Of a stretch of 64,000 nt of DNA, positions 18,745 to 29,126 are shown in pieces. The stretch is from Sedimentisphaerales bacterium (GTDB lineage Bacteria; Planctomycetota; Phycisphaerae; Sedimentisphaerales; SM23-30), in NCBI GenBank assembly GCA_963666285.1, contig OY762711.1; one strand, given 5' to 3'. The position numbers and the translations under genes were made by a program. Positions within the stretch are counted from its first letter, which is position 1. Every line of letters begins with the position of its first letter. A model generated the notes under the pieces. It searched no databases and was not told the origin of the DNA. It saw only the letters and a program-made list of their open reading frames with translations.

Positions 18745-19335
18745 TTACAAGAATAGTAATATCAAAGCTTTAAGGTCACGGATATTTTTAATAGCAGGTG
18801 AATCTTTAAGTTTTTTGAGAGTTCGATAATAAGTTGTCTTCACACTGCTTTCGGATATCTCAATCGCGGAAGCTATCTCGGCGAGTGTCATATCATCAAC
18901 GAACCGCATAAGGAGTATATGCCGCTGGGTATCGGATAGGTTGTCAAGAAGAGAAGCGAGATGTCGTCGCATTTCGTCTTGCGGCGTTTCGCCAATGGGT
19001 AAAGACGTATCAGGGATGTCAAGCGGCAGGTCAACGGATGAGTACCGCCGCTTACGTTCCTGCTGACGGATGACAGTATTCCGTACTGCCGGATACAAAA
19101 AAGATTTCATGCTGGAAGTAAGCGAAAAACCTGGAAACCGCGTATAAAACCACGTAAAGACCTCCTGGCAGACATCAGCTGCAATATTTTCGTCTCTATT
19201 GGCCAAACGCCAGGCAAGCTGGAAGGTCCAGTTTTTGTATCTCAGATATATACGCTCAAACCCTGCGACATCACCTGAATTAGCAATGGCAATATCGGTC
19301 TGGTCCTGAGCGTTAATATTGGAAGCATCTAACAT
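18745..19335 (-). CDS. ECF RNA polymerase sigma factor
   Basis: Region 2 (GDVAGFERIYLRY...AADVCQEVF...SFLYPAVRN) and region 4 (LSDTQRHILLMRFVDDMTLAEIA...SVKTTYYR). 196 aa. Confidence 0.9.
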   Translation of the reverse strand: MLDASNINAQDQTDIAIANSGDVAGFERIYLRYKNWTFQLAWRLANRDENIAADVCQEVFTWFYTRFPGFSLTSSMKSFLYPAVRNTVIRQQERKRRYSSVDLPLDIPDTSLPIGETPQDEMRRHLASLLDNLSDTQRHILLMRFVDDMTLAEIASAIEISESSVKTTYYRTLKKLKDSPAIKNIRDLKALILLFL

Positions 19336-19513
19336 GCTATAAGACGATACATTAAAAGATGCTGATAGTCAATTATACTTTCATTTCGAGCTGTTTTTGA
19401 TTAAGCTATCAAGAATGCTTTGGCTTGAATCTTATACAAGATGTGTACTGTTGACTGTTCAGCAGAACCAATTTAATGCCAGCTTAATGAATAAGATTAT
19501 ATAAGGAGTATTT

Positions 19514-19873
19514 ATGGCACGCCTGATAGAAAACGCAACAATTATAAAAGCAGCCGGTGAACCAGCAAAACAGATAGAAGAGTATATTGGCAAAGTAAAC
19601 TCACATAATAATGAAGTAAGCATAGCAAGAATGATAAGCCCTGCGGGATGGTCAGAACCTGGTCAGCGGCCAGAATTTGAAGAATATACCGTCGTTTTGA
19701 AAGGTGCCCTGGAGATGAAATTTGAAGGAAGCGAAATGACAGTTGAAGCAGGTCAGGCAGTCATAGTACATGCCGGGGAATGGGTTCAGTACAGTACCCC
19801 AGGCGGAGCCGAGTATATATCTGTTTGCATTCCAGCTTTTTCACCAGAGAAAGTTCACAGAGACCAGGAATAG
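19514..19873 (+). CDS. Cupin domain protein (EutQ-like)
   Basis: GWSEPGQRPEFEEYTVVLKG...VEAGQAV...GEWVQYSTP. AAGGAG Shine-Dalgarno. Confidence 0.8.
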   Translation: MARLIENATIIKAAGEPAKQIEEYIGKVNSHNNEVSIARMISPAGWSEPGQRPEFEEYTVVLKGALEMKFEGSEMTVEAGQAVIVHAGEWVQYSTPGGAEYISVCIPAFSPEKVHRDQE

Positions 19874-20272
19874 TTGAAACATACCAAATCTCTTAACATA
19901 ATAATTAAAAATCTTTTGAGCAAAACACGCTTCCACCAGGAGCTTGAGTGCACGTTTTATTTACTTAAAGCACACCAGGCTTCTAATTATATTGCCATGC
20001 ATTAAAAGTATTCTACGCCGTAAAAACTTTCAATTTGTTTTTTAGTCTAATAATAAACTAAGAACCACATCATATAATCTCAATGTTGCACAATAACTTT
20101 GTTTCATAGTAAACGAAAACAAACTGCCGGCACTTCCACGTATAGCGACATTTCTTTTTAAAGTTAAGTTCCGTTTCCTCTTTAACGAAAAGGGATAAAG
20201 AATATAAGAAAAGAGAAGATTCATTGCCAATGTATGCAATGTGTAATTAAACTTTTTTGTAGAGGAGAGAAC

Positions 20273-20851
20273 ATGGTTAATCTAAAAAGACTTTTAACAC
20301 TCGTTTTATGTATTACTCTTGTCACCGCCACAGCGTTATTAGCAGCTGAAAAGACAGAAGAAGAAAAATCTGCCCTGGCGAAAGAAAGTGAAAAAAGAGC
20401 AGAAGAAACAGCAAAAACCAAACCAACAGCAAAAATGATTATCGAGAAAGTAAATTCTGCATGCAAGCTTCTGGAGAAAGAAGGAGCAGAAGCATTTGAC
20501 AAATTCAAGGGAAAAGACAGCGAATACATATTTGCCGGAACGTATATCTGGCTGCACGATATGAAAGGTGTAATGAAAATGCATCCCATCAAATTCAAGA
20601 TGGAAGGAAAAGCATTGATAGGCCTGAAAGATAAGAATGGTAAACTCTTCTTTGCTGAAATGAATAAAGTTACACGAGAGAAAGGTGCCGGATGGGTAGA
20701 TTATATGTGGCCGAAACCAGGCGAAAAAGAACCAGCCCTAAAAGTATCATATGTAAAACTATGCAAGATGAAAGACGGCAGCGAAATAGTTGTCGGCTGC
20801 GGTGTCTACGATTTACCAAAAGAAGAAGTAGCAAAACTGCTTAGTAAATAA
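20273..20851 (+). CDS. Stand-alone secreted single Cache domain protein
   Basis: AGGAG Shine-Dalgarno before the ATG at 20273. Signal peptide. YIWLHD...MHP...KDKNGKLFFAEM...GWVDYMWPKPG...KVSYV...VGCGVY Cache motif. Confidence 0.85.
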   Translation: MVNLKRLLTLVLCITLVTATALLAAEKTEEEKSALAKESEKRAEETAKTKPTAKMIIEKVNSACKLLEKEGAEAFDKFKGKDSEYIFAGTYIWLHDMKGVMKMHPIKFKMEGKALIGLKDKNGKLFFAEMNKVTREKGAGWVDYMWPKPGEKEPALKVSYVKLCKMKDGSEIVVGCGVYDLPKEEVAKLLSK

Positions 20852-20911
20852 GTCATATTAAGATAAGACAATAACTAAAGTAGAGAGAAGATTATAAATT
20901 ATTTGGGAACC

Positions 20912-20945
20912 AGACAGGCGAAGCGATAAACGATTTCGCCTGTCT
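20912..20945. terminator. Stem-loop between the Cache gene and the MCP gene
   Basis: AGACAGGCGAA-N12-TTCGCCTGTCT. No strong U-tract. Confidence 0.45.
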
Positions 20946-20978
20946 ATACAGCATTCATAATAGGAGAGAGGATTTTAG

Positions 20979-22715
20979 ATGAAGATGAATATCAGGCAAA
21001 AATTATTCTTATTTTTTGGATGGGCGGTTTGTGCAATACTTATTATTTGCATAATCGGTGCAATAAGTTACACAAGAATTGAAAAACGCCAGGAACTGAA
21101 AGCCAAACTGAATGCAACAGCGAAAAAAGTACAAGAGTGTCGTTTAATAGAAAAAAGTTATTTACAATATTTTTCTGATGAACAGAAAAAGCAATTCAGT
21201 TCAGTTGCTAATGAAATGACAACAATACTGGATGAACTGGAAAAACATAACGATAATGAAAATAATCTAGACAAAATAAGTGAGAAATATCGTCATCAAT
21301 TTGACCAGGTAGCTAAACTGCATGAGGAGCATGCTGAATTAAAGCTACAGATAGCACAACCGATGCAGAATGCCCTATCCAGTATGGATAAAATAAAATC
21401 TCTACTGGATGAAAGACAATACGAACTCCAAATAGAAGGAGAAGATCTGGGCCCGGAGGAGGTGCAACTAGCCACAATCTTACGCGATTGCAAAATAGCA
21501 TTCCTGGAACTAAAAAACCTGCAAACACAATTTCTGACAACAGGAGAAGTTTCCTATCTGGACAAATTCAAAGAAATATCAAATGGGAACGTGCAGGCAT
21601 TTATCATATCCTTAATGGAATTTTCCAGGGCACTCGAAAATAAAGACTATATTGCAAACTCTGAAATAGTAAATAAATCACTGGATAATTTCCTTGGGAT
21701 GATAAGTAAATCTTTAGAATACGGTCAAAAGGAAAATGAGGCAATTACTAACCTCGACCATGCCGGCAACGAAATAATTATAGAAACTGACAAATTCCTG
21801 ACAGCACAAGACGAACAGATAAAGTCGGAAAAATACCTGGCCTTGATGGTTGTCGTAATAGTCACAGGGATAAGTATCCTTGCATTTACAGGAATGTCAT
21901 TGCATATGATAAGATCAATCACTCATTCGATACAAGGTATAGTATCAGTGATAAAATCCGGAATAACCCAGATGGCAGAGTCTGCGACAGAAATAGCTAC
22001 CTCAAGCAGATCGTTATCAGAAGGGGCAACAGAGCAGGCGGCCTCACTGGAAGAAACTTCATCGACACTGGAAGAGATGTCATCCATGACAAAAAGCAAC
22101 GCGGTAAACGCCGGTGAAGCAGACAGCTTCATGGCAAGCACAAATGAGACAGTAAATACAACGAGTGTTTCAATGAACCACTTAATATCATCGATGCAAG
22201 ATATAAGCAAAGCAAGTGAAGAAACCGCTAATATCATCAAGGCAATTGACGAAATAGCGTTTCAGACCAATCTGCTGGCATTGAACGCAGCAGTTGAAGC
22301 AGCCCGAGCCGGAGAAGCCGGAAAAGGTTTTGCCGTGGTGGCAGAAGAAGTACGCAACCTGGCGATGAGATCGGCGGCAGCGGCAGATAATACATCCGCA
22401 TTGATAGAAACAACGTGCAATGAGATTAATAACGGAAGCAAACTGGTAACAGAGGCTAATACCGCATTTAACAATGTAGGGGAAAGTGCCGGAAAAGTTG
22501 GAGCTTTGTTAAGTGAAATAGCAGAAGCTTCCAAAGAACAATCGACCGGCATTAACCAGGTTAACGAAGCAATAACACGAATCGATCAGGTAACCCAACA
22601 ATTTGCAGCAGAATTATGTAATTTCACATGCACTTCAGATTCGATGAAGAACAAGGCCCAGGATATACGGACAGCAGTTGAAGACCTGGATGCATTAATT
22701 GGCGGCAAGAGATAA
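20979..22715 (+). CDS. Methyl-accepting chemotaxis protein
   Basis: Two TM helices flanking a helical periplasmic domain. Signalling hairpin [40 protein letters not shown]. Confidence 0.93.
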   Translation: MKMNIRQKLFLFFGWAVCAILIICIIGAISYTRIEKRQELKAKLNATAKKVQECRLIEKSYLQYFSDEQKKQFSSVANEMTTILDELEKHNDNENNLDKISEKYRHQFDQVAKLHEEHAELKLQIAQPMQNALSSMDKIKSLLDERQYELQIEGEDLGPEEVQLATILRDCKIAFLELKNLQTQFLTTGEVSYLDKFKEISNGNVQAFIISLMEFSRALENKDYIANSEIVNKSLDNFLGMISKSLEYGQKENEAITNLDHAGNEIIIETDKFLTAQDEQIKSEKYLALMVVVIVTGISILAFTGMSLHMIRSITHSIQGIVSVIKSGITQMAESATEIATSSRSLSEGATEQAASLEETSSTLEEMSSMTKSNAVNAGEADSFMASTNETVNTTSVSMNHLISSMQDISKASEETANIIKAIDEIAFQTNLLALNAAVEAARAGEAGKGFAVVAEEVRNLAMRSAAAADNTSALIETTCNEINNGSKLVTEANTAFNNVGESAGKVGALLSEIAEASKEQSTGINQVNEAITRIDQVTQQFAAELCNFTCTSDSMKNKAQDIRTAVEDLDALIGGKR

Positions 22716-22737
22716 AAAATTGTCAGATATAAATATA

Positions 22738-22770
22738 ACAACTCATCCTGAATACCTTGGGATGAGTTGT
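22738..22770. terminator. Hairpin between convergent MCP and HAD genes (probable bidirectional terminator)
   Basis: ACAACTCATCC-N11-GGATGAGTTGT. Confidence 0.6.
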
Positions 22771-22777
22771 AGTTATA

Positions 22778-23560
22778 TCAGCAATTTCCGGGAATATCAC
22801 CAACACCACTGAGAATTATTGATGGCCGGTAAGGGAAATTCTTTATATCCTGCTCACTGGTAATTCCACTTAAAACGAGTATAGTGTGAATTTCTGACTC
22901 GATACCAGCGATAATATCAGTATCCATCCTGTCGCCAATAATAGCAGTATCTTCACGACAACACCCAAGCTTCTTAAGAGAATTACGCATGATCAGCGGA
23001 TTGGGTTTGCCGATAAAATACGCCTGCTTTCCGGTAGCAAATTCGATGGGAGCCATAAGGGATTTACATGCCGGAACAATACCTGATTCTGAGGGTCCGG
23101 TCAAGTCCGGGTTGGTGCCGATGAGCTTGGCCCCGGCAATAACTAACTGGATCGCCTTTTCGATTTTTTCATAATTGTATTCCCTGGTTTCACCAAGCAC
23201 AACATAGTCCGGATCTTTGTCAGTGATTACGCAACCATATTCCAGCAAAGCCTCGGTAAGCCCGTGTGCACCAATAGCATAAACCCTGGCCCCCGGAGTC
23301 TGCTGGCTAATAAATAAAGCAGTAGAAATCGCACTGGTCATAAAACATGATTCAGCAATATCAAGCCCCATATCAAGCAATTTCTGGCGCAGCTGCCGCG
23401 GCGAACGTTCAGAACTGTTAGTAAGAAAAAGAAATTCCTTTTGGGTTTCCCTGATCCAGCCGAGAAATTCCCTGGCACCATCAAGCAATCGACTGCCATG
23501 ATAAATGACACCGTCCATATCACAGATAAATGCTTTTTTATTACGTATTATGTCCAACAT
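22778..23560 (-). CDS. nagD: HAD-IIA family hydrolase (NagD-like)
   Basis: Motifs DMDGVIY, LTNSS, GKPNP and IGDRMDTDIIAG. Confidence 0.85.
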   Translation of the reverse strand: MLDIIRNKKAFICDMDGVIYHGSRLLDGAREFLGWIRETQKEFLFLTNSSERSPRQLRQKLLDMGLDIAESCFMTSAISTALFISQQTPGARVYAIGAHGLTEALLEYGCVITDKDPDYVVLGETREYNYEKIEKAIQLVIAGAKLIGTNPDLTGPSESGIVPACKSLMAPIEFATGKQAYFIGKPNPLIMRNSLKKLGCCREDTAIIGDRMDTDIIAGIESEIHTILVLSGITSEQDIKNFPYRPSIILSGVGDIPGNC

Positions 23561-23797
23561 ACCTTATCCTATACCTACTTTCGTTCGAAAATATATAATA
23601 CAACAGAAAGAGCAAAAAGCAAAAGCCAGCATAACCACTTACCAATGCGACACTTAACACAATTTACTCATACCGTAATATTTCATACTCACCTGCTATT
23701 ATACATCGGTATAACAAGCAGCAACTTTATACTTTTACCTTCAGATTTTAAATATTAAAGGAGTAATCTACAAGTTATTTTGAGAAGTAAAAATACA

Positions 23798-25414
23798 TTA
23801 CTTACCTCTAGAGGTCAAAAGGGAAAGTTCGTCTGCCTTGAGCAGCCGGGCAGAAATATAATAAACAGCAGCACAGCCAAAAGTCAAAATAGAAATCTGG
23901 CTGTATTTATCAAGAGATAGTGTATACTTTAATAATATCATACCAACAACTGCCATAATCCCCGAAGCTATACAAGATTTGATAATGCACGGCATAATAT
24001 GTCCGCCAATGTTTAACTCATACCTTTTAACCAAAATGAAGAGCAATATTACAGACTGCAAAACAGCAGAAATAGTTGTAGCAAGCCCAAGTCCACCTGT
24101 TGCCAACGGCCAGATAAGGATAATATTCAGTAAAAAGTTGAGAGCAATCATACGAACAGCAATTTTCATTGGGGTTATGCTATCTTTGAAAGAATAGTAA
24201 GCTCTGACCACAAGTTGCTGGAGACAATATGCGGTAATACCGAAAGAATAATACACAAGAGTTATTGCAGTATTAGCGGTATCTGTCTCTGTAAACTGGT
24301 TTCCTTCGAAAATAGCTCTAACCATAGTAGATGACACTATTATCAGGCCAATAGTAGCAGGAATACCAATAAAAAGGACAATCCTAATGCCATGGTTGAG
24401 CTGTTTGCCGAAACCTTTAATATCATTATTAACTACACAAGAACTAAGAAATGGGAAAATAGCAGTTGCCAATGCTATGCCAAATACGCCTAATGGGAAC
24501 TGGTAACATCTTTGAGCATAAAATAAATATGTAACCGAACCTTCAAAAACCGGATAAGCAATAGTTTTCCCAAACAATGTAAAAGATTCGCCGCTTTCCG
24601 GGGTAGCACGCAACAGATAAGCAATAACCGTATCCATAAGAGTATTAATCTGAACCGCGGCCAATCCAACGATCATTGGAAGCATTATCCTGAATATTTT
24701 TCTAAGCGGCTCTTCATTGAATATAAATCGAGGGAATAAAGATATGCCATGCTTACGTAAAGCCGGAACTTGTATGGCAAACTGAATAACACCAGCAACA
24801 AGTACCGCCCATGCCGCGGAGTAAATCTGATCCCATCGAATATCGTCGAACCTTCCGCTAAACTGAAATCTTTCGCTGAAAAATATAACCCCGGCAATAA
24901 TAACAATATTAAGAAAAACCGGAGCAGCAGCAGGAGCAAGAAAATGACGGTGGACTTGCAGCATACCACCAACCATAGCAACCGAGCAGATCAAAATCAT
25001 ATACGGAAGCATAATCGCGGCCAAAGAAAGCATAAGTAAGGTTTTATTAGTAAAATATTCCTGACCACCATATATAAGAGCAAAAATTAAACAAATGCCA
25101 ATAATTGTTATTATAGAAAGGAAAATAACCAACAAAGTAAAAACACTGCGGGCAAGCAACCTGGCTTTTGCGGGATCTTGTTTTAGCTGTTCAGTATAAA
25201 CCGGAATCAGAGCGGCTGTGAGAGCACCTTCGCCGAATAATCTGCGGGATAAATTAGGAATAAGAAATGGTATATAAAAATAATCCAGAATAGCGGCACC
25301 AAAATAGCGGCTCATTACAGCATCACGAACGAGGCCAAGAATGCGACTAAGCAAAGTTAGCAGCGAGATTAGCTTGGCGGCGGAAACAAAGGATTTAGAT
25401 TTCGTTTCAGACAT
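23798..25414 (-). CDS. murJ: Lipid II flippase MurJ (MviN)
   Basis: Motifs SRILGLVRD, PNLSRRLFGEGALTAALIP and QFPLGVFGIALATAIFP. Probable start MSETK at 25414. Confidence 0.92.
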   Translation of the reverse strand: MSETKSKSFVSAAKLISLLTLLSRILGLVRDAVMSRYFGAAILDYFYIPFLIPNLSRRLFGEGALTAALIPVYTEQLKQDPAKARLLARSVFTLLVIFLSIITIIGICLIFALIYGGQEYFTNKTLLMLSLAAIMLPYMILICSVAMVGGMLQVHRHFLAPAAAPVFLNIVIIAGVIFFSERFQFSGRFDDIRWDQIYSAAWAVLVAGVIQFAIQVPALRKHGISLFPRFIFNEEPLRKIFRIMLPMIVGLAAVQINTLMDTVIAYLLRATPESGESFTLFGKTIAYPVFEGSVTYLFYAQRCYQFPLGVFGIALATAIFPFLSSCVVNNDIKGFGKQLNHGIRIVLFIGIPATIGLIIVSSTMVRAIFEGNQFTETDTANTAITLVYYSFGITAYCLQQLVVRAYYSFKDSITPMKIAVRMIALNFLLNIILIWPLATGGLGLATTISAVLQSVILLFILVKRYELNIGGHIMPCIIKSCIASGIMAVVGMILLKYTLSLDKYSQISILTFGCAAVYYISARLLKADELSLLTSRGK

Positions 25415-25496
25415 AGAATATATAAATACAGCTTTCGCCGACATCCACAACAAAATATATTAGGGTGTTCGCTACTACTCACAAATACTGATAAAG

Positions 25497-27575
25497 TTAA
25501 TATACCATTTCGACGATTTTTTCGGATATCTGCTCTGGAACACGTGCATAGGAGTCTGTTTCCATGGTATAGCCCGCCCTGCCCTGTGTAGCACCGCGAA
25601 GCTCTGAAGCATAACCAAACATTTCCGCAAGAGGGACTTTGGCATGTATAATGCGAGTCTGGCCTCGCTGCTCAGTTTCATAAATTTCAGCTCGTTTGCG
25701 AGTAAGGTCACCTTGTACAGCGCCATAAAAAGATTCAGGAGTAGCAACTTCCAGCTTCATAATCGGTTCCATAAGAACAGGAGCAGCACGATCCATAGCA
25801 TCACGAAAAGCCATTGACGCTGCCTGCTGGAAAGCCGGCTCGCTAGAGTCAACTTCATGGAAAGATCCGTCAATAATAGCAACCTTAATATTGGAACAAG
25901 GAAAACCGGCAAGATTACCATTCATCGCGGCATCTTTGAGGCCTTCAAGTGCCGGAGTGATAAACTCCTTAGGAATAACACCACCAGTAGTTTTATCTTC
26001 AACAACAATCGTTTCACCACCAGCTTCCGGTTCGTAAGGTTCCATTGCAATTACAACATGGCCATACTGACCGCGTCCGCCGGTCTGATGAATAAATTTT
26101 CCTTCACCCTTGGCAGATTTGGTAATTGTTTCCTTATAAGCAACACGAGGTTTACCGATAAGTACATCAACTTTCATGTCGCGAGTAAGCTTGTGCTGAA
26201 TAATCTCAAGATGCAGCTCACCCATACCAGAGATTAAAGTCTGACCTGTATCTTCGTTATACTGAGCATGGAAAGATGGGTCCTCGCGTTTGAGAGTTTC
26301 CAGAGCCTGAGCAAGCTTGGCACGTTCACCGGCAGTCCTTGGCTCGATAGACTGACTTATAACAGCTTCGGGTGACTCAATAGAATCGAGAACAACAGGA
26401 GTCTTTGTACCGCAGATAGTATCACCGGTATATACATCCTTTAATCCAACTACAGCGACAATATCACCGGCAGATGTTTTATCAACGGCCTCACGAGCAT
26501 TAGCGTGCATATGGAAAATCTTCGTAAGGCTTTCTTTTTTGTTGCGGGTAGAATTCAGAACACGTTCGCTTGGTTTCAGTGTACCGGAATAAATTCGTAA
26601 AAAGGTCAAATCGCCATGGGAATCAGAGGCGATTTTGAAAGCTAAAGCTACAAGCGGGCCACCGGGATCACATTTAACCGAAATTGCATCAGAGCTGCCT
26701 TTTTTGCCGGCAGGATAACCTGTAACATCAGGCCTGTCCAATGGAGAAGGAAGGAAGCTGACTACAGCATCAAGCAACTTTCGGGAACCAATACTTTGAA
26801 GAGCAGAACCGCACAGCGTAGGCTGAATCTGATTGCTAAGCGTACCGGCCCTTAGCCCGGCAATAATATCTTCAGGAAATACTTCTTCCTCAGCCAGATA
26901 TTTTTCCATTAACTCTTCAGAAAAATCTGCTGCGGCTTCAATCATCTCGCCCCGAAGAAGAACAGCTTCATCAAGCATATCAGCGGGGATATCTATTTCA
27001 TTATATTTAGCGGCGACCTTATCAGGTTCAAAATGATAAGCTTTCATATCGAGAAGATCAACAAAACCAGAAAAATCATCAGAGGCCCCAATAGGAATCT
27101 GCAAAACAACAGGTTTGGCACCTAATCTTTCACGGAGAGAATCGACTGCCATCTCAAAATCAGCACCAAGTTTGTCCATTTTATTAATAAAACATATCCT
27201 GGGAACACCGTATTTTTCGGCTTGATGCCAGACTGTTTCAGATTGGGCCTGAACACCTTCACTGGCATCAAAAACAGCAACAGCACCATCAAGCACTCTT
27301 AGCGAACGCTCAACTTCGATGGTAAAGTCTACGTGTCCGGGAGTATCGATGAGGTTAATGGTATGACTTTTCCATGGGCAGCGTGTAGCGGCGGAGGTAA
27401 TGGTTATGCCACGCTCCTGCTCCTCCTGTAGATAGTCCATAACAGCAGTACCATCGTGAACTTCACCAATTTTATAGGTACGCCCGGTAAAATAGAGAAT
27501 ACGCTCGGTAACAGTGGTTTTACCAGCGTCGATATGTGCCATAATGCCAATATTTCTGAGTTTGCTCAGGTCCAT
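25497..27575 (-). CDS. fusA: Elongation factor G
   Basis: Motifs [34 protein letters not shown] and VPLAEMFGY. Confidence 0.96.
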   Translation of the reverse strand: MDLSKLRNIGIMAHIDAGKTTVTERILYFTGRTYKIGEVHDGTAVMDYLQEEQERGITITSAATRCPWKSHTINLIDTPGHVDFTIEVERSLRVLDGAVAVFDASEGVQAQSETVWHQAEKYGVPRICFINKMDKLGADFEMAVDSLRERLGAKPVVLQIPIGASDDFSGFVDLLDMKAYHFEPDKVAAKYNEIDIPADMLDEAVLLRGEMIEAAADFSEELMEKYLAEEEVFPEDIIAGLRAGTLSNQIQPTLCGSALQSIGSRKLLDAVVSFLPSPLDRPDVTGYPAGKKGSSDAISVKCDPGGPLVALAFKIASDSHGDLTFLRIYSGTLKPSERVLNSTRNKKESLTKIFHMHANAREAVDKTSAGDIVAVVGLKDVYTGDTICGTKTPVVLDSIESPEAVISQSIEPRTAGERAKLAQALETLKREDPSFHAQYNEDTGQTLISGMGELHLEIIQHKLTRDMKVDVLIGKPRVAYKETITKSAKGEGKFIHQTGGRGQYGHVVIAMEPYEPEAGGETIVVEDKTTGGVIPKEFITPALEGLKDAAMNGNLAGFPCSNIKVAIIDGSFHEVDSSEPAFQQAASMAFRDAMDRAAPVLMEPIMKLEVATPESFYGAVQGDLTRKRAEIYETEQRGQTRIIHAKVPLAEMFGYASELRGATQGRAGYTMETDSYARVPEQISEKIVEMVY

Positions 27576-27628
27576 TTATGCCTCTGAAATGTTCTCAACT
27601 GAATACAATTAAGTTTTCGGTACTGTTT

Positions 27629-27829
27629 GTGCGGTTTCCGCACATTTGACTGTTCAACATTACACGCAAAGGCCGGAACAGGGCCTTGTGAATGAAAAAC
27701 TAAATATTTAAGTGTATTTTCGAGCTATTTCTCGAAAGTATATTTAATTCGAAGCGTTGCAGGAAGGCCCTTTTAGGCGATTTACCAGAGGCACTTCGTT
27801 ATTGCAACATAGAAACTGCGAAAGTAAAC
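27629..27829 (+). mobile_element. MITE-like repeat, copy 3 (about 18-nt internal insertion), between rpsG and fusA
   Basis: Same ends and internal sequence as copies 1 and 2. Flanks TGTTT/TGTTA. Confidence 0.75.
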
Positions 27830-27874
27830 TGTTATAATATCGTAAATTATACAGAATTTGATTTAATAAACATT

Positions 27875-27918
27875 AAAAAAGCCGCTGCACATCTGATTTG
27901 GCAGATGTAACAACGGCT
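27875..27918 (-). terminator. Intrinsic terminator after rpsG
   Basis: Minus strand AGCCGTTGTTACATCTG-CCAAAT-CAGATGTGCAGCGGCT followed by a T-run. Confidence 0.7.
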
Positions 27919-27939
27919 GTTATAATTCTGGTAAGAAAA

Positions 27940-28413
27940 TTACCATGCAAAGTGAGCGAAAGCCTTGTTAGCTTCAGCCATACGATGCACATTTTCTCTA
28001 GTGGTCATAGCGTTACCTTCTCTACGGTATGCAGCAGATAATTCATCTGCCAGCCGCTGAGCCATGGGCTTACCTTTTTTATTACGAACAGCAGCAAGTA
28101 CCCAACGAAAAGCAAGAGATTGCTGACGTTTAGCCGGAACCGGCATTGGAACCTGGTAAGTAGAACCACCAACACGCTTAGAACGAACTTCGATCTGAGG
28201 TTTGATGTTATTGATAGCTGTTTCAAAAGCTTCAAGCTCGCTGACATCCTTAACTCTCTGACCCATGATATCAAGGGCATCATAAACAACCTTCTGAGCG
28301 ATGGTCTTTTTGCCATCAAGCATAAGGTAATTGACAAACTTTGATACCAGGATACTGTTGAATTTAGGATCCGGTCTCAACTGCTTCTGTGATGCAGTGA
28401 ATTTCTTCGGCAT
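27940..28413 (-). CDS. rpsG: 30S ribosomal protein S7
   Basis: [15 protein letters not shown] and [13 protein letters not shown]. Confidence 0.98.
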   Translation of the reverse strand: MPKKFTASQKQLRPDPKFNSILVSKFVNYLMLDGKKTIAQKVVYDALDIMGQRVKDVSELEAFETAINNIKPQIEVRSKRVGGSTYQVPMPVPAKRQQSLAFRWVLAAVRNKKGKPMAQRLADELSAAYRREGNAMTTRENVHRMAEANKAFAHFAW

Positions 28414-28541
28414 TTTAGCTTATAACCTCCGTTATAGTGCCATTGCACTTTTAACTGTTAAACGCTTTACGCAAAGCCATTTAAGGCGAATAATGCAAAT
28501 TTAATAACAAAATTTATATATAACGAATATATTTAAGTAAT

Positions 28542-28913
28542 CTATTTAGGTCTCTTGGCACCGTATCTACTACGGCTTTGTTTACGTCCGTCAACACCAA
28601 GAGTATCAAGGCTACCGCGTACAACGTGGTAACGTACACCAGGCAAGTCACGAACACGACCACCACGAACAAGAACAATACTATGTTCCTGCAGGTTATG
28701 ATCTTCGCCAGGAATGTAAGCGGTAACTTCCTTACCGTTACTAAGTCTTACCCTCGCAACCTTACGCAAAGCCGAGTTAGGCTTTTTAGGTGTCTGAGTC
28801 TTAACCTGAAGACAAACGCCCCTACGCGCTGAACAACAATCCAGGTCAGGAGACTTGGTTTTCTTCTTTGGGATTTTACGACCTTTTCTAATTAGCTGAT
28901 TAATGGTCGGCAT
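28542..28913 (-). CDS. rpsL: 30S ribosomal protein S12
   Basis: [18 protein letters not shown] and [12 protein letters not shown]. Confidence 0.98.
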   Translation of the reverse strand: MPTINQLIRKGRKIPKKKTKSPDLDCCSARRGVCLQVKTQTPKKPNSALRKVARVRLSNGKEVTAYIPGEDHNLQEHSIVLVRGGRVRDLPGVRYHVVRGSLDTLGVDGRKQSRSRYGAKRPK

Positions 28914-29006
28914 TTATTTCTCCAAAATATAAGTCACTGTTCAATAAGCAGTTATTATAATTAACACTATATAATACTATACTTCACTTGCAATAGTGAG
29001 TCGCAA

Positions 29007-29035
29007 ATTATAAACAAAAAATTCATGGCTGTCAA
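29007..29035 (-). promoter_or_regulatory. Consensus sigma-70 promoter for rpsL-rpsG
   Basis: Minus strand TTGACA-N17-TATAAT, a perfect consensus. Confidence 0.8.
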
Positions 29036-29126
29036 CAATATTTTATCAACAGCAAGGCAAAAAATATCAAACTTTAATCTTAGCTCTGTAACCTGTCCGA
29101 TAATAACAACTTAGCTAAGTGCTAAA

